NCBI GenBank assembly: GCA_033442325.1
Contig: JAWQFM010000016.1
Span: forward strand, 691,221 to 755,220
Reading direction: 5' to 3'
Length of the DNA stretch: 64,000 nt
Source: Salpingoeca rosetta
Lineage: Eukaryota; Protista; Choanoflagellata
Below, piece by piece: positions 41,052 through 52,933 of the stretch (its first letter is position 1; each line of letters opens with the position of its first letter). The position numbers and the translations under genes were made by a program. The notes beneath the pieces were generated by a model. It did no database searches. It worked only from the letters and a program-made list of their open reading frames with translations, and was not told where the DNA came from.

Positions 41052-43670
41052 GTGACCTGTGGCATGTGGCATGTGCTCCACAACAGGCCTGATGAGGAGG
41101 TTGACAACATGCCGATTCCGTCTGAGAAGGTCGGGATGGTGATTGGCAAGGGCGGCGAGACGATCAACCGGCTGCAGGAGCAGAGCGGGGCCAGGTTACA
41201 AGTGATCCAGGACGACCCGTTTGCGCAGGAGAAGCCGCTACGCATGACGGGTCGACGCGACGCCATTGAGCGCGCAAAGCAGCTTGTCAAGGACCTCATT
41301 GACCCAGAGCCGGAGCATGACCCCATGTACCCGTCCACCATGGGCCTCAGCAGTGGTGACATTGTCAACAACCTTAGCGCGTACAGATCAAAGAAAGTCG
41401 AGGTGAGCCCCTCATGCACGTTTGCGCGCCCCATCCTGGCAGGCGTGCCATCAACGTGTGCATCTTTGTCTTTGCATGCTCGTTCGGTGTGCCCCTCTCC
41501 CCCACCGAACTCCCTTCACCGTTCTTACGCTCACATGGCCCATTTCCTCACACCTTGCCTCCCCCCCCCCCGCCTCCGTTCCTTTTCCTTTCTCATGTGT
41601 GTCGTGTGCGTCGTTGTTCATGCCGCAGATCAAAGTGCCGCGCGTCGCTGTTGGGCGGGTCATTGGGCGAGGAGGCGACTCCATCAAGCGGATTCAAGCA
41701 GAGTCGGGCGCCCGTGTCCAGTTTGAGCCAGGTGAGTTTAGTGCAGATGCGCTCTTATCCGTGGCATTATTGTTGGCATCTCTCGATCGGCTCTTGCTTC
41801 TCCCTCGCGCCCGTGTCCCCCACGTCTGTGGTCTGCTTTTTGCCGCGTGCTTCTGGCAGCCTGGCCACAAGGCATTGCTGCACGTGTCGCTTTCCCCATT
41901 CCACTCTCCCCACCAGTTGTATCGCACGTCTCTGGTGTCTTGACACCCCCTCCCCCAGCCTCTTTGCCTTGATTGATTGCATTTTACGCTGTGATTGGTT
42001 TTTTTTTTCCTTTTCGGTCGACATCGCCTTCCTTCCTGGCTTGCGCTGTGTCTGTGTGACCCACTGTCCTCAATTCCCCCCCCCTCCTTCGTTTTGAAAT
42101 GCTCGCACCACGCTGCCCGGTTTTGCATCCTTGCATATCGGGCACGCGCCACGTATTTGGGGTTTTCCACACATGGCCGCTCTGCTCCATTTTGGACTAG
42201 TCGCGTGCTTGTGGTTTCACCCTGCACGGCACTGCACGGCAGTGGCCACGCTTGTTGGCGCTGCTGTTGCTGTTGTTGTTGGACCGTCGTGGCGTGCTCA
42301 CGTTGGTGCGAGCAGAGATCAAATCCTACAGTTTGGGCTTAAGTAGCGCTTCTGTCGGCCCGCAGCCTTGCCTTGTGCATGTGCTGCCATGGCGTTTTGC
42401 CGTGTTGCCACTTTTTCCCGTGACAGAAGCGTCAGTCAGCCTTGCTACACTCCTCTGCCTCTTTGTCTCTCCATCCATCTGTTCTTTCGTTTTTGTCTCT
42501 TGTGTATGTTCGGGCTGCGGCCTCTCCGCTGTGCGTGGGTGGGAGGTTTGCTTCCCGTCAACCCACTACGCGGTTTTGCGTGCTGTTCTCATCACCACGA
42601 CGTACATCTGCTTGCTGTGCTATGTGTATCATTTTTGCAGAGACGAACCAGGACTTCCGCATTGCCACCATCACCGGCACCATGCCTGTAATTGAGGCGG
42701 CAGAGAAGATGATCATGGACATTATCCAAGACGTGCGTTCACACGCTTTGCTCTCTGATGTGGCGTGTGCAAGCGAGAGTGTATGAAGAAAGAGGGATCC
42801 TTGCATTGTGTGTGTATGACGGAGATGGGTTCTCCCTTGTTGTGTTTCGTGGGTGCGTGTGTGCTGTATGGCATGGCTCGAGCGCATGTGCTACTTGCGG
42901 CCTTTTTTGTTTTGTTTTGTTCATGTTGTCCGTTGTGTGGTGCTGCTTGTTGATTGTAGGCTGAGGTGAGCACAAGCAGTGCACGCCCACGGGATGACCG
43001 TCCAAGAGAGCCCATGCCAGTTCCCCAGGAGCGCGCTGGCCTCATCATCGGCAGAGGTAAACATGATGTTCTATCTCCTGCCTTGTCAACTTGTTTGCTC
43101 GTTCGCTTTTGTTCGGTGTCTCGTTGCGCAAATGCACACGCGCGTTGCTTTTTCTCTTGCTTTTCTTGTTGCCGCGGAGTGCCCGTCCAGCTTCTCATGT
43201 GTTTGTCGGCTCCACGTCTTGGCATTTACCCACGACATTTCGCAGGCGGAGAATCCATCCGCATGATCATGCAGCAGTCTGGTGCGCATGTGGAGCTTGA
43301 TCGAGCGCAGCCAGCCGTCAATGGTGACAAGACGTTTTGGATCTCGGGCGACCCGGAACAGATTGCCACCGCGAAACGGCTCATTCAGGAGAAGCTGGAT
43401 GCCCATCGCCGGCCTCCGCCACGGGCAATGCAAAGGTGACCGAAAGCCCCCCCCCCTCCAACAGCCACGAACACGGGCTGTTTGCTGCGTCTTTGTCTGG
43501 TCTGCCCTTCCCCAACTCACACACCACACCACCAATCACGCTCTGCACACACACAGCGGCCCGCCCGGCGGCATGCGGCCACCTCAGCCGGGTGGATTCC
43601 CTCCACAGCAACAGCAGCAACAGCAGCCATCCTTCGGCGGCGGCTTTCCTGTACGTAATTTTTCCCCGCA

Positions 43671-43732
<62 letters not shown>

Positions 43733-44606
43733 ACCTGTTTGTTTGGCTCTGTGTCCGAAATGCCGTCCGCTTCGCCTTGCGATTCTCACTGCTGTCTGTG
43801 GTGTTTTCTTGGTGATGACGCGTGTAGGGCCATGGCCAACCACCGCCCCCTGGGCAACAGCAGCAGCAGCAGCAGCAGCCCGGGCAGTATGGTGGCTATT
43901 ATGGTCAGCAGCCGCCCAACAACTTCTACTCGTACCCGTACGGTTATCAGAACCAGCCTCCACCTCCAACACAACCGCCACCACCGCCAGGGCAGCAGCC
44001 ACCACCGCCAGCCTCGACTGCTGGTGCAACCCACCATCAGCAACCGCCACCGCCGACGTCGAAGCCTCCCGCGACCTCGGAGCCGCAGCAGCAGCAACAG
44101 CAGCAGGCTGTCCCTCCCGGCTATCCTACTCACGAGCAATGTAAGTGCTTGCTTGGTATGAGCGGCACCTGGGGGGGGGGGGGGGGGTTAGTGCTGTCGG
44201 TTGGTGTCAATGTCACCAACGCACCTAACGTTGTTGTTGTTGTTGTTTGTTTGTTGTTGCTGTTGTTGCTGTTGTTGTTTGTTTGTTGTTTGTTGTTTGT
44301 TGTTTGTTGTTGTTCCTGCTCCTGCTCCTGCTAATCGTTTTTTTTTCGCTGCTGATTGCTTCTGATGGTTGCTTTGTGTTTCATCAACCAGATCTGCAAT
44401 ACAAGGAGTGGTACAATGCACAGGTACGACAATGCATGCACTCATTTGTCTGAAAGAGCGTGCGCCAGTGCTTGCTTTGCCCTTGTTTGTTCCCTGCACA
44501 TGCCTTTCATGTCAGCATCTGCTCACCGTGTGGCTTGCGCTTGGGTTGGCAGGGCTACTTTGGATATCCCCCCGCTCAAGGCCAAGGCGCACCAGCGCAG
44601 TCCTGA
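39390..44606 (+). CDS. FUBP: Far upstream element-binding protein / KHSRP-like KH-domain protein (three KH domains)
   Basis: N-box NDFLSALATVKA|LAARAQ. KH GxxG motifs VGMVIGKGGETI (41087-41402), VGRVIGRGGDSI (41629-41731 + 42641-42732) and AGLIIGRG|GESI (42961-43056 + 43246-43436). P/G/Q/Y-rich tail, Y-motif DLQYKEWYNAQ (44392-44423), last exon GYFGYPPAQGQGAPAQS* (44553-44606). Confidence 0.88.
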
Positions 44607-45307
44607 TTCAAGACCCTGGTTGTTGGTGGTGTATTGCGTGCTGTTTGTTCCTCAAGTCATTTAACTTTGTCCCTCCCGTCTTCCGTTTCGCTTGTTTATG
44701 ATTGTCATTCTCTGTCTTGATACAACGCAGCGAGTAGAGCGACTTCGCTAAGTTTCGTTCGTTCACGATCCCCCCCCCCTTCTTCCTTCTCTTGCTTCTT
44801 TCTCCCCAGCTTCTTTGCTTTGCCCGCTTGTTGATCAACTTCCCAATTGTTTCAATTGCCTTGACTTCTTGAAAGTGCCCGCTTCCGGGTTGGCGCCGTT
44901 ATTGTCTGCGTGCGCATTGTGCGCCATTCCTTGCCCCATCACCCTTGCCTTCCTTGCCCCGTCATGTGGTCTGTTTCCTTTGCTTGCTCCCTGATGCCTT
45001 GTCTTGCGTAACTTGACCTCGTTTTCTTGTGCTTCGCTGTTATTCATGCCCAAAACAGGTGCGCCCTTTTGCGACGCATTCTAAGCACGCCCTTGCTCTT
45101 CGTAGCTGAATGTTGTGTACCTCCCTTGTCGGTGGCGTACTTCTTCTGCTTGCATTCGTGCTTGCATTCGTGCTTGCATGTATGTCCTGTGCTTGTGCCG
45201 TGGGTGTGTGGCCAGTGCGTCGACACAACACTACACGGTTTTTGTCTGAAGTTGTAAACAGTGCGCTGTGTTAGGGAGTGAAAGAAAGCGAGAGAGAGAG
45301 AGAGAGA

Positions 45308-45358
<51 letters not shown>

Positions 45359-45395
45359 TGTCTGTCTGTGTGTGTGTGTGTGTCTGTGTCTGTGT

Positions 45396-45432
<37 letters not shown>

Positions 45433-45486
45433 ACAACTATGCTTATGTCCTTTTTAAAAGAAAGAATATACGTTCAACATTTTTTT

Positions 45487-45913
45487 TGACGGAATCATCC
45501 GATGTCTGTGGCTCGTTCTGTATTGGTGTGAAAGTAAACCGGGGAACAAAAGAACTGAACAAGGCACAGACAATCGTGTGCCATAAGCAACAACACAGTG
45601 CAGAGCAAAACACACGTGCCGGTAGGCAACAAGAGGGGTTCTTGTTGTTAAGGAAGGGTGAAAACAAAAGATCAGGACAACAGACGTAACACAGCATGCA
45701 GGCATTCCGCTGCAGTGACTGTGACGGGACTGTGGTCGAGGTGTGTCGGTGGCTTGTTCTGTGTACTGATGTGAAGTAAACCAGGGAACAAAAGAACTGA
45801 ACAAGGGTGCAGGGCAACACACACGTACTAGCAGGCAACAAGAGGGGTGCTTGTGGTTAAGCCAGGGGGAAAACAAGAGACAAGAGTACAGACGCAACTC
45901 AACATGCAGGCAT
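45487..45913. repeat. Degenerate tandem duplication, two copies of ~200-220 bp
   Basis: Copy 1 ~45487-45705, copy 2 ~45722-45913. Shared AAGTAAACC(G/A)GGGAACAAAAGAACTGAACAAGG, GGCAACAAGAGGGGT.CTTGT.GTTAAG and ACAGACG.AAC.CA.CATGCAGGCAT. Confidence 0.9.
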
Positions 45914-46022
45914 GTGTCGTGTCGTCATCTTGGTTGATGACGGCACCGTGCCGAGTGCTCGGGATCGCTGCCGAGAGGCAAGCGGTTCCGAGGCACTGGA
46001 CACGGCGTGGCACGACCCATGC
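45910..46022 (+). ncRNA. Candidate structured RNA element (three-way junction, GNRA-capped long hairpin); family unknown
   Basis: By-eye pairing. P1 GCATG-T-GTCGTGTC (45910-45923) with GGCACGAC-C-CATGC (46009-46022). Short hairpin GTCATC-TTGGTT-GATGAC (45924-45941). Long hairpin 45943-46008 capped by a GAGA tetraloop (45973-45976). Confidence 0.45.
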
Positions 46023-46187
46023 AAACGCTACCATACGACACTCTCGAATTAAGCATGACGTCAATCAGACTAAACATGACAACAGAATGTTAGGAGAACA
46101 AAGAACATGCAAGGCAGTACGGTGCCGCGAAGGGCAAGGATGGGAAAACAATGGGACACAGCGGGGCAAGGTGCAGGGAACGGGGAG

Positions 46188-46466
<279 letters not shown>

Positions 46467-46693
46467 GAGGCAGGCGAGCGACGTTACACTTCAGGCCAAC
46501 AGAATTTTGCATTCACTTCAACCATACGCGAAACACACACACACACACTCACTCACACACACACACACGCACACACACACACACCTACTCACACACACAC
46601 ACACACTCACTCACTCACTCAATCTCACACACCTACACACACTCACACATCTTCAAACCAATTATAGGATCAAAGCCTATTTTTGTGACATCA

Positions 46694-48056
46694 ATGATGA
46701 CTGACGCATCGCCGTTGGACATCGCGGGCACGACCCTTGGTTCCGTGCTGAACCAGAAACGGTATGCGTGCACACACGTGTCGCTCGCTGTCTATCTGTG
46801 TTTATTTGGACAGTGGATGCGTGCGCGTGGTGTGTGAATGTGCGTGCGTGTGCTCGGGTTTGTGTATGTACGTTTGCATACGTTTGCAACACGTGTACAC
46901 TCACTCACTCACACACACACACACAACACACACACACACACACACACTCACTCACTCATTCACTCACTCACTCACACACACACACATGCACACACACACT
47001 CACGTAATCACTCACTCACTGACTCACTCACTCACTCACTCACTCACACACTCACACACTCACACACACATACACACACGCACATACACACACACTCACA
47101 CACTCACTCGCTCACTCACTCACTCACTCACATACGCGCGCATGTGTTTGCAGGTTCGACAAGGTGAAGGAAAGCCTCACTGGGCTGTCGCACACTGCCT
47201 TGTTCAAGAAGCTGGCTCAAGCTGCTCAAGACATCTTTGTGGAGGAAGAGGTTCGACAAAAGTACCCTGCTGAGCGGCATGCGCAGCTTATCCAGGCTGT
47301 GCGGGAGACGAAAGTGGAATCCTGTGGTTCTGCCTTATCGCCACAGTTTCGAGAGATGTACACGCTTCGCAGCGCGCAGCAGGACTTGTTGCGCGACTTT
47401 GTATTGCTTTCCTTGGAATACACAAAGCTGTGCGGTTTCTCAGGTGCGTGTGCGTGTGCGTGTGCGCGAATGTGTATGGTGTGTGTATGCGCAAGTGTGT
47501 AGGTGTGCATGTTTTAGTGCACGCGTGCGTACGTGCCTGTTTGCCGTACGCATCTGCATTGTTCATGTGGCGCCGAGGCCGGCTCTTTGGTGTGTTTCAC
47601 TGCAGCTCCTCTGCTGACACTTGACTTGTCTTGCCTCTGCCTACTGCGTGAAGACTTTGAAAAGGTCTTGCTCAAGCACTGCATGATGATTGCACACTAC
47701 TACGACAGGTGAGTGCGTGTGGTTTGCGCTGTGCATCTGTATTTTCGTGCGTGCGTGTCTACTTGTGGTCGCCTGTGCATTTGCGCGTGCGTGCGTCTGT
47801 CCACATGCTTCATCCGTCCTTGTTGTGGTTCCGACGTCACCCGTTTGCCTGTGTGGCTTGTAGGCTCTTCTTGGCGTGGTCTGACATCATGCAGCACCCA
47901 GACTTTGTGGAACAAGTCCGCCTCATGAAACCGACAGGTGCGAGCGCGCACATGCCGCCGTCTGTCGGTGATGTCTTTCTTCTTCACTTGCTGCGTTTCG
48001 ATTTCGGTGATTGCCAATGCGCCCTCGCTTGAATGAAACACACACACACACTCTCT

Positions 48057-48096
<40 letters not shown>

Positions 48097-48558
48097 CTCT
48101 CTCTCTCTCTCTCCCACGCACACACTATCTCTCACTCACACACTCTCTCACACACACACACACTCACACTCACACACACACACACTTGTTTGCTTGCACA
48201 CAAGCAGCCCAGGAGTGTTTCAACCCGTATACTATTGTGAGCTACAACAGGGAAGCAGGAACGTATGCCACGACCACATACGCTGCCGCTTTTCCCTCGC
48301 TCGTCAGCGCAATCGTCGAGGAAATGACAAATCTGTGTGCAGAACTCAATGTACGTGTGCATGTGCTCACGCTTGCACAAGCGGCGTCTGCAGGGCGTCC
48401 GCTTATTGGGAGCGTTGCATCTTTGACTGCTGCCGCGACTCAAGAACATCAATCAACTGGGATAGCATCATCCTTGCCAAACACTCCTTACATGTCCTCC
48501 TGCCCACACACACACACACACACACACCACACACCACACACACACACACACACGCACG

Positions 48559-48590
<32 letters not shown>

Positions 48591-51329
48591 CACACACACA
48601 CGCACACACACACACACACACACACAGGAGCTGTCGGAGCTTGATGAAGGGGAGCGTGCGTACGTGCCTTACTTTCGACAATACATCACGTGCCTGAAGC
48701 ACACGAACATGTGCGCTTGAGTTGCTTGCTGCTCGCTTGCTACATGTGTCGCTGTGCGTGCCTGTGTGGTGACGTGTGTGCCATCTTCCCACCACATCTG
48801 ACCATTGCTTCTGTTGCATGCATGCATGTATGCATGCATATGCGTGTATTCATTTGTGTATCCACGCGTGTACTTTTGTACTCCAGATCCACGCTGGAGA
48901 GCGAATGGCTGCACCTCGACGCGCTGTGGATGAAAGTGACGACTCCAATTCAGGTTGGCGCTCGCGCTCGCGTTGGTTGGCTTCTGTGTGTGTGTGCGTG
49001 TGTGTGTGCGTGTGTGTGTGCGTGCGTGCGTGCGTGCGTGCGTATGTGTGTGTGCGTGGGTCGTTGGTTGTGCGCGTGTACTTGCGTGCGCATGCGTTGC
49101 TGCACATGTGTATGTGAAGCGTGCGTGCGACTTTTCTGGCTTGCACTTCACGCATGCAGCGCGATGGAGCGCCCAAACGCAACAGCAAATGCTGTCCACA
49201 TTGTGTGATCGCCGAACGAATGCATGAGCGCGTTTTAACGCCTGTGCCGCCTTTTTACCGTCGCCCTCATCTTTTGACTGATGTTGTGTTGCCTCAGGTG
49301 GTCCACGATTTGGTGCGCGGGCTCGCAGACCCGCTCCGCGCGAAGATCCCACCAGACTTCTCAATCAGGTCACACAGACAGACATACAGCCAGCCAGCCA
49401 GCCAGCCAGACAGACAGACAGACAGACACACAAACAAACAACCACACACACACTCACACAAACACACACTTACACGAACAAACACACGCACGCACACAAA
49501 CAAACACACCAACACACCAACACACACAAACAAACAAACACACACACACACACCAACACACACATACACGCTGACTTCCACATTTTTCTACGCAAGGAGA
49601 GGGCTCACTTGCCCATGCATTTCCTCTGTTTCCTCTGTTTGCATTTCATTGACAGAATTCGGGACGACAGCTTTGTGGACGCACAGGCAAAAATCGCCAC
49701 CATCACCGAGTCAATGGTGTGTCGAAACACACTCTGCACGTGTGTGCACGCAACTCGTGTGCACAGTTGTCTGATGTCCTTGCCCGTCGGGTTCTCAAAC
49801 GCTCGCGCCTGCCACACACTCCCACCCCACTTCCAGTGCATCGCTTGTCTCCTCGATCCTACCCACCCATATTCACCCCTGGCTTGGTCTTGTGCTCTGC
49901 TGCAGAAATCCTTCTACTCAAGCCGCAACACTCCTCTCGGGGACGCGGGAGCACAGAAGCTTGACGCCAGCCTGGCCGGCTTCTTCATAGTCCCCGTCTT
50001 CGCTGGCCTCTCCCTGCACACGGGCCTAAGGTACGGCGCGTTCATGTGCATGTTGCGTGTGCGTTTGCGCATGCTCTGTGTGTGTGTCTGTGTGTCGATG
50101 TGTGTGTCTGTGTGTGCATGCTCTGTGTGTCTGTGTGTGTGCATGCTCTGTGTGTCTGTATGTGTGCATGCTCTGTGTGTCTGTATGCGTGCATGCTCTG
50201 TGTGTCTGTGCGTGCATGCTCTGTGTGTCTGGGTGTCTGTGTGTGCATGGGTGTCTGTGAGTGTGTGCCTGTGTGTCTGTGTGTCTGTCTGTGTTGCTTC
50301 GTGCTTGTCAACACGCCGTGCGTCTACCCTTGCATTTTCTCATGACCTGCCACCCTGTTTCACCTTGTTTCATCCGTTAACACACCACCACATCATCGCG
50401 TCATCACGTCATACACCGCCATATCGCCAACCAAACCGACAGGAGCCTGAAAGCGCCCGCAAATCAGCTGATGCGCAACGATTACGGCATCAAACTCCTA
50501 CTCGACTTTCCGACAGCCGGAACGCGACTGCACAAACTGCGAGAACACATTCTCCAGGTGCGTGCGCGTCGCGTTTGCCGTTTAACATCTGCATGTTCGT
50601 CTTTGTAAGCGGGTTATACGTGCTCGCGTGCGAGACTGTTGTCATTGCTCTTGTTCGTGTGTGCAGCGTGGGCATGTTGATGCGTGCGGATGTCGCTATC
50701 CGCTGATCAAGATGCATGCATGTCATCCATTAATCATGCTCGCCTCAGGTTGTTGATGAGCCCGTGCAGCACTGCCAGTACCTGGATGCACTCACGTCGC
50801 TCGTGTGGAACACCGTCCCGCATGAGGTGCTTCACTCATCCGCTACACACACACACACACACGCACGCACACACACACATGTTGGCGTGCTTGCGCGGTG
50901 TTTGTGTTCTCACGCGCGCGTGTGTGTATCTGTGCGTGCACACACCAAATACATGTCGGTGCTGGGGCAGTTGTCGCACACGGCATACAACCTCACAACG
51001 CTTGACGGTGCCGGACAAGTGCCTGCAATATACATGCTTGAAGAAGTCAGGTACGCCAGTGACGAGCAATTAATTGATTGTCTTGGCCTTGCTCCGTGCT
51101 GTCTCGCACGTTTCCTCACACCTGAGCCATCCCTCCAAACTTGCTTGTTGTGAACTTCATCAATAGGGCGAGCTTGGCCGTGTTGCACAACGTATCGCTT
51201 CAGGTCAAGGCGAACACCGTCACCGAGCAAGGTGCAGTCATTCGTCCACTGTTCCACGACCGCATGCTTCTTGCTGTCATGTTTTCGGTTGGCCGGTTCT
51301 TCACGACAAATGGATCATATTGACCGACA

Positions 51330-51423
<94 letters not shown>

Positions 51424-52081
51424 GCAACAGCAGCAGCAGCAGCAGCAGCAGTTTCATCAGCAGCAGCACGCGTATGAGCAGGTGCCCCCAGCCTCAACGT
51501 CTGCATTTGTTGAGCCACAGACCGCATACAACCAAAGCACAGACCCCTTTGCATCGTACCCGCCGACTGACCAGTACCAGGAGCAGCACCAGTCACAAGT
51601 GTCGGCTGCATATGAGCAGCCTGTGTCCCAGCAGCTGACATCCGCGCTCACGTACGATGACGTCGCTTACACAGCAGCGGGGCACCAGCACGATCAGCAT
51701 TTGCCACAACAGCACCAGCAACTGTCACCACCACCACAGCAGCACCAGCAGCACCAGCAACTGCAACCGTACGGACAGCCAGCTATCCAAGGGAATGTCG
51801 GCTCGCAAGCCGTGGACACGCAGACGTCACACGCAGTCCCGGGTGGCACGCAGCAACCGCAGCACAACCCCTCGTTTGAGGACGCGTTTCCATCACAGCT
51901 GCCCTTGCTGGACGACGCCAGCAAGCAGCAGCAGCAACAACACCACCAACAACAGCAGCAGCAGGAGGAACAGGCCCTTCCCCAGCTGCCGTCTGCTCCC
52001 AACTCGTACACGACGGAGCAGCAGCCTTACCTTCCCCCCGAGCCGTACCAAGCGCCAAACGGCAGCGCCTCCCAGCCATAA
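46694..52081 (+). CDS. CiaB-like / peptidase M49-related zinc metalloprotein, with probable Q-rich C-terminal exon
   Basis: 14 phase-consistent exons: 46694-46761, 47154-47443, 47654-47708, 47864-47937, 48208-48350, 48628-48710, 48887-48953, 49298-49368, 49656-49716, 49906-50030, 50443-50557, 50749-50826, 50971-51050, 51167-51231 (or read-through to TGA 51323). Spliced motifs [14 protein letters not shown]|VVHD...DPLR, PANQ..RNDYGIK, PHE|LSH (HExxH), LEEVR|AS. The link to the Q-rich ORF ending 52081 is uncertain. Confidence 0.75.
50069..50232. repeat. ~25-bp minisatellite (GCATGCTCTGTGTGTCTGT..) in an intron of the CiaB-like gene
   Basis: GCATGCTCTG recurs about six times. Confidence 0.8.
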
Positions 52082-52724
52082 CTGCAGAAGCCACAGCAAA
52101 TACTTTACATGTGCCTTTAGCCCATTCAAGCCCTGTGACCGCTGGTTTCATTGTTAGTGTCAACTGTTCGCGCTGTGTGTCGTTGGTTACCCTTCTCCAT
52201 TACCACACGAAGACTTTTTGCGTGTAGCGTTACTTGATCATCGATTCACCATTATGTGCTTGGGTTCATGTGGCTGTCGGCGTGAGGTGCACTGAACATG
52301 TTTTATGTCTTGCGTGTTTGTTCGTGCAAGCCCCACTCACTTCACAGTTTGTTCCCTTCAAGTGTAACGTGGACTTTTGATGTCAGTGGGCTGGTTCATG
52401 CGAGCACCCACGCGCTGTACTGCCTCGAGTGACGCTGATGCATTCCGCGTAACCCACGCAGTTGCTGGGGTTGAAGGGGCGTTGATGTTGGTAACTCAAG
52501 AGGAAGAAGGCTGCAAGCCGAGGAAAGCACGCAAGCAGCGTAACTGCCAAAATATACCTCTGCCGCACATAACATGACAGGAAACACATCAACCAAGGCA
52601 AGCAATTCCTATTCTGGGAGGAGGTGAAGCTTGTCACGACGAGCAAGGATGATGAGACAATTGCCACGGACGGATACCGCCCTTGCCACGGTGAACCACA
52701 GAGCGGGATGATGGGTATCATACA

Positions 52725-52899
52725 TCAAAGCTCCTCTCGTTGCGCAGGCTCAGATTCAATCACTTCAATCTCAAACCGCACGGGCGAGTGCGGCGGGATA
52801 GTTTTCGGCGTGTCAACCTTGCTGTACCCATACTCGCTGTCACACGTAATGTACGCTCGTTCACCTGTGTTGTGTGTTGTGTGTGTGTATGTGTGTGTA

Positions 52900-52933
<34 letters not shown>

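Noticed and set aside
45910-46075. Structured element as hammerhead, SECIS, tRNA, RNase P or telomerase RNA
   Set aside because: No CUGAUGA+GAAA core, no SECIS quartet or in-frame TGA gene, no cloverleaf. CAATCAGACTA resembles RNase P CR-V but has no upstream GGAA.GUCUG partner. No properly placed template.
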